Below, one piece after another: positions 53,703 to 64,000 of a stretch of DNA of 64,000 bases (its first letter is position 1; every line of letters starts with the position of its first letter). A program made the position numbers and the translations under genes. The DNA comes from Eledone cirrhosa (Eukaryota): the NCBI GenBank assembly GCA_964016885.1, contig OZ024747.1, positions 3,038,001-3,102,000 on the forward strand. The letters are read 5' to 3'. The notes under the pieces were generated by a model that was given only the letters and a program-made list of their open reading frames with translations, did no database searches and was not told the origin of the DNA.

Positions 53703-53962
53703 CAGCAGCTGATTATTCCACAGACATATCTACCACAGACATATCTACCACAGACATATCTACCACAGACATATCTACCACAGACATATCTACCACAGAC
53801 ATATCTACCACAGACATATCTACCACAGACATATCTACCAGCAGCTGATTATTCCACAGACATATCTACCACAGACATATCTACCACAGACATATCTACC
53901 ACAGACATATCTACCACAGACATATCTACCACAGACATATCTACCACAGACATATCTACCAC
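53703..53962. repeat. 15-bp tandem repeat (ccacagacatatcta) in two duplicated blocks
   Basis: Each block starts with cagcagctgattatt (53703 and 53839). Confidence 0.95.
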
Positions 53963-55306
53963 TTCATGCAATTCTCAGACACATTCAATCTGATACAATG
54001 TGACAAAGCTGGCCTTTTGAAGTATATGTATAATCCAGAGAGAGAGAGAGAGGGGAGAAAGAGAGGGAGATAGAGAGGGGGAAATAGGTATACTCAGCTG
54101 AAAATGAGTACTGGCAATAGTTAGGGGTTTAACCCTGCAATGGACTGGTGTCCTGTCCAGGAGGGAGTCTTGTACTCTCAGTCGCTTCATGCCATGAAAC
54201 TGGGATAGCGCCCGGCCAATTGAGCCTTCTGGCTTACGACAGACTTTAGACTATAATCATTATCAATATTATATCCAGTTTTCCATGCTGGCATGAGTTA
54301 GATGAGACTTGTAAGGCAACAGCAGTATTCTATTGCTGGATGTACGTTTTGATTCCAGCCCATGCTTATTTTTAGGTAAGGTACTTACTTTCATACATCA
54401 AATTTCTGAGCTATGTAAGATAGGCAGTGACATTAAAAAATGTCACTGCCTATCAGCCTATACAAACAGTGTCAAATGTGAAGTGAATACAAACAAAGAG
54501 ACAAACACACACACACACACACGCACATACATGTACTCTCAGGTCATGAATAATGCCCCAACCCTGCTTTTATTCCAAACCATCGCTTATTAAATTTCTC
54601 TAATCTATCGCTAGCAAAATGTTATTGTAAGTGATTCATATCAATACGGCAGCTGAGGAATCTAATAATAATTTTATTTTACATTAAAAAAACATTATTT
54701 GACAAAAAAAGAACATCACAAGAAATCCCATATTTACGAACGTACACAATACAATTACTGGCCCCCATCCCCATTTATTCCAATCTCCCCTATTATTTGG
54801 GACCCAAGAGTATGTGATAGGCTTCTGTATATAGTTTTCATTGATCAAACTCACAAAACGTTTGTTCATTGAGACAATAGTAGACAAGACTTGCCCAAGG
54901 TTCCAGATAGTCAGATTGAAATCAAAATCATGTCATGGCCGTGTGGCTAATTTCTTAGCCACATGACCATGACAGTGACTAAGAAAATATTAAATCCAAC
55001 TTATAATTATCCTAGAAAATCTTGTATTTGTTAATATATTCATTTAATACAAATCTTTTTGATGTGTTATTTCTTTGAAGTGATATAAGTCTCCTATTAT
55101 CTCTATTGCTTTTATTTTAAAAAATAATATTTAAGTAAAATATCTCTATGAATATATTTTGTGTATAACTCATTGAAGTCGCCAGAACATCCAGAATACA
55201 ACATGAATACAGAAAAGGAAATAAAATAAAAAACTGTATGATTGATTTTCAACTATGTTTTCTTTAAATTGAAATATCACTAATTGTTTAGAATATATTA
55301 TTTACT

Positions 55307-56138
55307 TGGCAGTATCGGTAGAGGGTCGGACACCATGCTTTGCAGCATAGAGTTACAGCCCTTTGTGACCTGAGTTCAAATCCTGCTGAGGTTAACTTTG
55401 CCTTTCATCCTTACGGGGTTGATGAAATAAAGTACCAGTCACGCACTGGGATCGATTTAATCGACTTTCCCCTCCCCCAAAATTGATGGCCTTGTGCCTA
55501 TATAAGAAACCATTATTTACTTACAGAAGTGTATAGGGGTGGGGCAGGACTGATAGAAGTGTTTGGACATCAGATAAAATGTTTTGTAGTATTTGTTCCT
55601 GTTCTTGACATTCTGAGTTCAAATCGGACTGGGGTCAACTTAGAGTACCAGTCAAAATACTAGGGTTGATATAATAAACTTTACCCTCTTCACAAATTGC
55701 TGGCCTTGTGGGGGCAGGGAATTGGCACAATTGGTAGAGTGTCGAACAGCATGCTTTGGAGCATGCTGTTACAGCCCTTTACACTCACAGATGAAATTCT
55801 GCCGTGTTTAGCTTTACCTTATATCCTTAAAGGGTTGATAAAATAAAGTACTAGAAATGTATGGGAATGGTCGAATCGATCCCCCCCCCCCCTAAAATTG
55901 TTGATCTTGTACCTTAATCAGAAACCATTATTTAGTATCATTACGGCATCAGACATACTTTGTGGCATATAGTTATGGCTCTTTACACCCAGAACTCAAA
56001 TCCTACCAAGGTTAGCTTTACATTTCATCTTTACAGGTTCAATAAAATAAAGTACCAGTAACATACTGTGGTCGATTGAATCAGCTTTTGCTTTGCCCCA
56101 AAATTGTTAGCCTTATGCTTATATCAGAAACCATTATT
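55307..56138 (+). mobile_element. Array of four head-to-tail tRNA-SINE family 1 copies of differing age
   Basis: Consensus at about 55307-55517, 55540-55710, 55710-55931 and 55945-56138. Confidence 0.75.
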
Positions 56139-56658
56139 TGCTTTCATAAAATATTAATAAAACAAAGGCAAATTATTTAATCCAAAATATGTTTTGGTTA
56201 GTTTAAATAGAATCTCTTCATTAAAAATACATATTCATTGCTCATTTGCAGAAAATTAATACTTTACATAATAATAAATTAATAAATTTAATAGAAGTGA
56301 AAAGTTTAACTTTGCTATTATATTGACATCCTGAAATATGAAGACCAAAGCCAAGCATAAAATATGATATTTCTATCTGTTTTTTAAATTTTTTATTGAT
56401 TAAAATGATTTTATGATTTTGTATTGAAGAAAATCTTTAGTCATTTATTTTGAATTATTGTTGCTATAACCATATTTTTTTCTTAATGTAAAATAAACAT
56501 AGTTCTTTGAAAAGAAATAGTATGCCAAACTATAGAAATCTAAGCAAATATGTTGTATTTTATCATATTCATATGGATATATGTATATATATATATATAT
56601 ATATCATACATATATACACTAAGTATAAAAATATAAACATGGACGGACACACGCGCAC

Positions 56659-56689
<31 letters not shown>

Positions 56690-56910
56690 TATATACCTAT
56701 ATATATGTCATCATCATCATCATTTTATGTCCGCTTTTCCCTGCTTGCAAGGGAGGGACGGGTCCTATTCAGCACAGCATCTCTCCACTTGTCACGGTCC
56801 TTCGTTAGCTTCACCATGAGCTTCAGCGATCTGGGGTCTGCTCTCACCACCTCCACCCATGTATATGTCTATTCACACACACATACGTATATATATATAT
56901 ATATATATAT

Positions 56911-57249
56911 ATCATCATCATCATCATTTTACATCCGCTTTTCCCCCTGCTTGCAAGGGTGGGATGGGAACTGATTCTAGCTTGATTTCTACAGCTGGAT
57001 GCCCTTCCTAACACCAACCTCATTTACAGTGAGTGCTGGGTGCTTTTATGCCGTTGCACCTCCACGACCACTTTGCAGTGGAATGATAGGGACCCCAGTC
57101 CCTATCATCTCATTTCTACAGCTGAGTAAACTGGAGCAATGTGAAATAAAGTGTCTTGCTCAAGGAAACAACACATCACCCGGTCTGAGAATTGAACTGA
57201 CAACCTTTCGATTGCAAGCCTGATGCTTTAACCACTAAGCCATGCGCCT
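56911..57249 (-). mobile_element. tRNA-SINE family 2, full-length copy
   Basis: Near-identical reverse complement of 16769-17111, with TA flanks. Confidence 0.88.
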
Positions 57250-57505
57250 ATATATATATATATATAGTGCAAGGTCAACAACAACAAACAGTGAAACCAA
57301 ACACGAGGAATAATTAAAATTTCCATCCCAATATTAGTAAAGACTATGATTTGTGGAGGAGGTTTAACAAGACTGAAATATATTCACCTAAATCCTGTAC
57401 CTTTTGAGTGACATAGGAGACATAACCTCTAGAATATAGAAGACTTTCTTTCCTAACAGAGAAATATATATAAATTATTGATTTTATTATTTCTTCAAAC
57501 TTCGA

Positions 57506-59026
57506 TGGCAGTATCTGTAGACCATCGGGCAACATGTTTTGCAATATAGAGTTACAGCCATTTATATTCTGAGTTCAAATCCCACCAAGGTTAGCTTTGC
57601 ACTTCATCATTACAAGGTCAATAAAATAATATACCAGTAGTAGACTGAGGTCAATTTAATTGACTTTCCCCACTTCCCTTCAAATTGCTGGCTTTCTGCC
57701 AAAGAAGTTGTAAATATTTCTTCTAACTAAATAATCATTTGCCTGGTTATTAAAATTACTTAAATTTAATGAAGTTTATTTCTTTGTTTAATAATAACAA
57801 AATAAGTGTTTTGGATTAACTTGAGTTTTAATTTTTCTGACAGGAGCCTTTTCAGTTGGGCTCCTTGAGGCTGACATAACTAGATATGCTACAGAATGAT
57901 TAGGACAAATATATCATTAAAAGCTATTTTCATTGAATTTAGCCCATTACAAGCTCTTGTTAAAGGAGCTTTTCGGCTAAGTACTGTAAGAAACATCTCT
58001 CAATTACAGTGTTACTATTACATTGAAATGTGAGTAGTATATTCAAGTATGAGTACATTCATATAATACAAGAACTAAGCTAGTGTAGACTCAGTGTCTC
58101 CATCATGGTCAGTGCATAGCATAAATGTTACATATAGTGAGAGAGGGGCAAGAGAATAAGTTATGTATATAGTGAGGGAGGGGTAAGAGAGTTACTATTA
58201 AATGTTTACACTTTCTTACTAATCATGCTTATGGAAGTAAATCTAATCCAAATGATAGTTAAGGGGCTGTCTGCTGCATGATCATGGAGAGACATTGCCC
58301 CAGAAGATGGCGAAGGAGACATGCTGGAACAGCCAATCTATGTTGTTGGGCCCACACCTGTAAGCAGCCAACACTGCTGCAATAGCAGTGAGCTGAGATG
58401 TGGTCCTGGGGCCAAGAATGCTGGAAATCTCCCCTGCTTCAGCTTCAATCATGAATGCTGAATCTCTAATAATACAGCTAGCTATGACATACTAGTAAAA
58501 CAATCCTTTCTGATTTAAGCACAAGGCCAGCAATTTGGAGAGAAGGCAAAGTCAACTAAATTTACCCTAGTGCATTACTGGTACTTTGTTTTATCGACCT
58601 CGTAAGGATGAAAAGCAAAGCTAACTTCGGCAGGATTTGAACTCAGAACGTAAAGGGCTGTAACTCTATGCCATAAAGCATGTTGTCTGATGCTCTACCG
58701 ATACTGCCAATCCACCATTCAATACAAGATTCTAAAATCTTTAAGGAGAGGTTATATTTTCCAAGCATACATCCATCATTAAATGTAGTTAAAATAAAAT
58801 GTACAAGAAACTGTAGATTCCTGGTAGACTCATCAGGTGATTCTTGTTCCTCATTGATGTTATTACATGGCATTTCCAGTACTTATAATGGCCTTAGAAA
58901 ATTCAAGAATGATGAAATGCAAAGCTAACCTCAATGGGACTTGAACCCTGAATGTAAAAAGACACAACTCTATGCTGCGAAGCATGCCGTCCGACACTTT
59001 ACCGATTATTGCTAATCCACTGCCCT
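57506..59026. mobile_element. Further tRNA-SINE family 1 copies: 57506-57702(+), 58505-58717(-), 58900-59026(-)
   Basis: Family consensus motifs. The intervening sequence is not assigned. Confidence 0.7.
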
Positions 59027-59510
59027 TCAAACTTGGTAATAATGTTGTCAGATAACTTTCAGTACTTTCTTGGAAACTGAATAAATAAATAAATATATAC
59101 ACAAAACTAAGTTATTGAATTTATCAAAGTTTCTTCATGTAATAGAAAACAACAACAACAACAATAACAACACCAACAACAATATCAACAACACATTATT
59201 ACAATGTACATTTTGGTCAATATTCTTTGATAAAAAGCTGAAAACACTTATTGAAAAACAGACAGAAAATTCTTCTACTTTTTTTATAGACTGAAGCAAT
59301 TTTCTTCTTCTTTTCTTTTGGTTGTGGAGAGAAAACAAAAACAGAACTGAAAATAAATTTCAAATATTGTTTTAAAGAATTGTGTGTATATATATATATA
59401 AATATATACTTTTATATGTATGTGTGCATATATACATCCCCCATTCTCATCAAGCGTGAAGCTAATAACACTATGTACCACTGACTCCTGCGTTTGTTTA
59501 TATATATATA

Positions 59511-59570
<60 letters not shown>

Positions 59571-60409
59571 TAATTACAACTGACTCATCATTTCACTAAA
59601 TCTACTTATACGCAGCTGAAATCTGAGTTAGTATTTCCATATCCCTTCCATGGGAACCAGCAAAAGCCTGTCATTGGCTACAGCAGATATATACTACACC
59701 CCACCAACTTACTAGGATTGCAGACTTCTCTTTCATAACACACACTATCACAGACCAGCCTTCCATAGTACTGTTGGCACACAATATCAGCAGCAGTAAC
59801 AGGACAACTCAACAGTAGGATGCACATCAAATGATACAATGTGAAAGCTTTTCATACACTGGTAAGCTGATGTTCAATTTTCTTTCAATGTTTTTTTCTT
59901 TTCAATTTTCTATCTTATTTAACACAAAAAAATAATTTTTCTCTCTTAATATTAACTTTGTAATTATATTTTAACTATCTTTGTAATTATATTTTAACTA
60001 TCTTTAAATATTTCAAATATTCCATAGTTTTAGAAAACACCTAAAAAAGTAAAATTACACAAATAACTAATAATCTCATATTTTAAAGTTGTTTAAGTTA
60101 TGTATGTGTATGTCTGTTTGGGTAAGGAATTACTTTCTCTGTCTGTATGTGTTTGAGTTTATGTATGTATACATGTATGTATGTTTATGATTACATATAA
60201 GCAGAACCACACATGTCCTATGATGTACCTATACACACATGCACGCACACACACATACACACACATATATATATATGTGTGTGTGTATGTATATATATAC
60301 ATATACATTAATGTGTGTTTATGTACAAGTGTGATAGTGTCCCTATATATTTCTTAATTTATACAAAATTATTGGTGTATGCATCTATGTATGTGTATAT
60401 AAATATATA

Positions 60410-60462
<53 letters not shown>

Positions 60463-60699
60463 GTGTGTGTGTGTATCATCCTCATATATATATAAAGTTT
60501 CCATGTACAAATGCACTTATATTGTGATGACTATAAACATAAACACTACATTTCCAATTTTGAATTTATAAAGTTTTACTGTGTAATGTATGTATACATT
60601 TATATATGTGTAAATGTATATATGTGTATATATTTATATATATATATATATATATATAGTGAAAACTTGGACGGGAGCAAAAACAGAGAGGCTGTACAA

Positions 60700-60785
<86 letters not shown>

Positions 60786-60790
<5 letters not shown>

Positions 60791-60983
60791 AACGAGTAGG
60801 ACCCCGACGGCTGAGCTCAAGCCGTTTCGACGGCTAATTCTGAGAGTCCAGAATTAGCCGTCGAAACGGCTTGAGCTCAGCCTTTCGGGGTCCTACTCAT
60901 TCCTATTACCCACTCTACTACCCTAAGTATTGAGTACTTTGGTGCGTTATGGTCCACCTGGTTCCTTACCACATTTCCTTCAT
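60786..60983 (+). mobile_element. Fold-back element family B, copy 2
   Basis: Arms 60786-60842 / 60849-60906 with loop agagtc. Tail 60907-60983 contains gtattgagtacttt. TA flanks. Confidence 0.8.
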
Positions 60984-61014
<31 letters not shown>

Positions 61015-61027
61015 ATATATATATAAT

Positions 61028-61082
<55 letters not shown>

Positions 61083-61220
61083 TCATCTTCGTTTAACGTC
61101 CATCTTCCACGCTAGCATGGGTTAGACGGGAGTTGTCCCACTTGAGGCAAGGTTGGTCGGGTGACCGTGTCTTGCTCATATACATATATGTATGCATATA
61201 TGTATATATATATGTATATA

Positions 61221-61257
<37 letters not shown>

Positions 61258-61362
61258 GTATGTATGTATATATATATATATATATGAGAGAGGGAGAGAA
61301 AGAAAGAAAGAGGAAGAGAGATAAAAAGGCAGATAGTCAGTCAGACAGACAAACAGAAAATG

Positions 61363-61428
<66 letters not shown>

Positions 61429-61438
61429 CATATATATA

Positions 61439-61499
<61 letters not shown>

Positions 61500-61752
61500 T
61501 GTTATACTTTGGGAGGGTCATGTTGCCAATAAGAAACACACGCACCAGTTGCTTTCACTTTCAAATTCAGAAACGATATATACACATAATTAAACACATA
61601 TTTTATATATATAAACCGACCTTAAAATGATGATGATGCTGATGATGATGAATGAAAATATACTACAATGATTGAATAGAACTATAACAATGGTACATTT
61701 ATATTTATGTATTTAGATATATATATAGAAATATCTATTTATCAATCTGTCT

Positions 61753-61785
<33 letters not shown>

Positions 61786-61788
<3 letters not shown>

Positions 61789-61978
61789 TTAATATAGATG
61801 AGATTCTACAGGACTAGAACTGTTTCATTCTTTAGAAATCATCAGGATTCCTGATGATTTCTAAAGAATGAAACAGTTCTAGTCCTGTAGAATCTCATCT
61901 ATATTAAAACTTTTATACTCTGCAATGTATTGAGTACCTTACTTACTGTGGTTACCTCCAATTCAACCCGGAATAACG
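61786..61978 (+). mobile_element. Fold-back element family A, copy 3 (perfect 62-bp-arm palindrome plus tail)
   Basis: 61786-61847 is the exact reverse complement of 61849-61910. The tail runs to about 61978. TA flanks. Confidence 0.85.
61845..61895 (+). ncRNA. Type I hammerhead ribozyme motif with intact core
   Basis: ggattc-CTGATGA-tttc taaa gaat-GAAA-cag ttctagtc ctg-TA-gaatct. Predicted cleavage after 61889. A mirror copy is present on the minus strand. Confidence 0.78.
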
Positions 61979-62030
<52 letters not shown>

Positions 62031-63053
62031 CATACTGTATCATCCAAAATAAATCCAATAGAAGTAAAATTATAGTTTCAACTTTTAATCTGCTCCTAAC
62101 ACATTTATATGTATTTTGTTACACTCTTTATACACATGTATATCATACACTATTCACTTCCCTGACATTTGTACATTACCCTATGCACTATACACGCACC
62201 TTTGATGAGTTGTAGTGCACCTGAGCACTGTACACAATAATTTCATTATTATTAGAACTCTAACTGAAATGGTCAGACTAATTTGCATGTTATCCATATA
62301 TTGTCTATATCCATATTTATGTTGAAAATGATTAGAACTTAGAAACTCTAAGATAATTTCCTGTATCTTCCTGTGATATGTTAACATATGTACATAGAAT
62401 ACTTAAAACACTTTACATACAGAGTTATTTCATGTTATTAGTGGATCTATTATTATTATTTAGTTTTTGCTCTTGAAATACAGAATAAACAGCCCAACCC
62501 CCAAAATACTTATAACAATATGATAGAACTAAATTATCTTGTATTAAAGTAACCAGCATTTTTTCTTATGTGTATATATATGTATATGTATATGTGTGTG
62601 TATGTGTGTGTGTGTATGTATATATATAAATATATGTTTGTATATATTTGTATATATATAAGTATGTATGCACATATATATGTGAGTGTGTGTGTGTACA
62701 TATGTATGTATGTGGAATGTGGTAAATAATTTCAAACCATACCCTACATGATGTGTCTTAGTAAGTAAATTTATTCAAAGTCTGGATTAAGCATCAATAT
62801 CAACTCCAACTGTCAATTTGCAGCATCTTTTCGGATCATCAAGTAATAACAATGACATTAATCTACCTTGATCCTCTGAATGTTGAAATCATTATTTCAA
62901 CATTCATAGAATCAAAGTGGATTCACATCATTGATCTGAAAACATGATGAAATTCAGAATTGTAATTGAAATTGATGTTTAATCCAGCATTTGAATAAAT
63001 TTATATATACGTGAATATGTAGGTGTGTGTTCTGTTCTGTGTGGGTATCCAAG

Positions 63054-63110
<57 letters not shown>

Positions 63111-63439
63111 ATATATATATATAGATATAGATATAGACCCCGTTAAGGGTTAAAGCAGCGATTCTTTACTTAAACTTTAATCTGTTATTTTAATAAATAT
63201 TTGCTCTAGGTTTCTTATATATTTGATATATATTTATCCTTATCGAGCCCTGTTTGGATTTTAGTCTTCACATTTATTATTATTACTATATTTATATATA
63301 TATATGTAGTTTGGCCCCAATGGTTGAGCTCTTGTCATTTCAACAGCAAATTCCATTGCTGAACAATGGTCTTATTTGTTTAAACTAGTAAAATGCTGAT
63401 ATTTCTCTTTCTCTCTCCCTCTCTCTCTCTCTTTCTCTT

Positions 63440-63507
<68 letters not shown>

Positions 63508-63771
63508 ATATATATTAGTGTGTATGTGTATATGAATGTGTGTGTATAGTGAGGTTGTACTGACAAGCACTTGAGTATAATTGAAAGTGGTAGTTCATAA
63601 ATTTGGAGGCCATCATTTCCATATATTCCCAACTATTCCTGCAAATATATATTTAAATTTCACCATTCACTTCATAATAACAGAAGATTGAAAAATGCTT
63701 GCAATGTGTCGCAAAATAATCTTAATAATCTTAATACATATATATATACATACATTATATCCATGTATCTA

Positions 63772-63846
<75 letters not shown>

Positions 63847-64000
63847 TATATATACATATGTGTGTGTGATGGTGTATATATCTGAATGTGCACATATACA
63901 TTGCTGACACACTGTCATTCTATCTCTCCCTATATATGCATGTGCGCTTGTGTGTCTTACATATATATGTAGTAGCTTCATACATATATATACACATATC

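Noticed and set aside
58790-58850. Minus-strand CTGATGA-gtctac motif
   Set aside because: No GAAA and no stem I could be built.

Overview
AT-rich, microsatellite-dense eukaryotic genomic DNA. It is most likely from an octopus (inferred from the protocadherin type, the SINE/RTE repertoire and (TA)n density). The only well-supported host gene is a + strand protocadherin with 6 cadherin repeats and a TM helix. Three phase-compatible coding exons (1805-4192, 5449-5605, 8805-9046) give about 928 aa. The remaining ~55 kb is repeat-derived: a near-intact 5'-truncated RTE LINE with a PHD finger inside its RT (25951-29238), a partner tRNA-SINE, more than 20 copies of a second tRNA-SINE, hAT and Tc1/mariner MITEs, decayed LINEs, a Penelope-like GIY-YIG remnant and several minisatellites. 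The most notable unexplained structure is a set of short non-coding fold-back (hairpin) elements, mostly inserted in (TA)n. They carry whole or partial type I hammerhead ribozyme motifs and an unpaired ~40-80 nt tail, and cluster at 17.2-18.4 kb and 60.8-62.0 kb. They look like non-autonomous Penelope-type ribozyme retroelements. Almost all other ORFs in the track are microsatellite artefacts.
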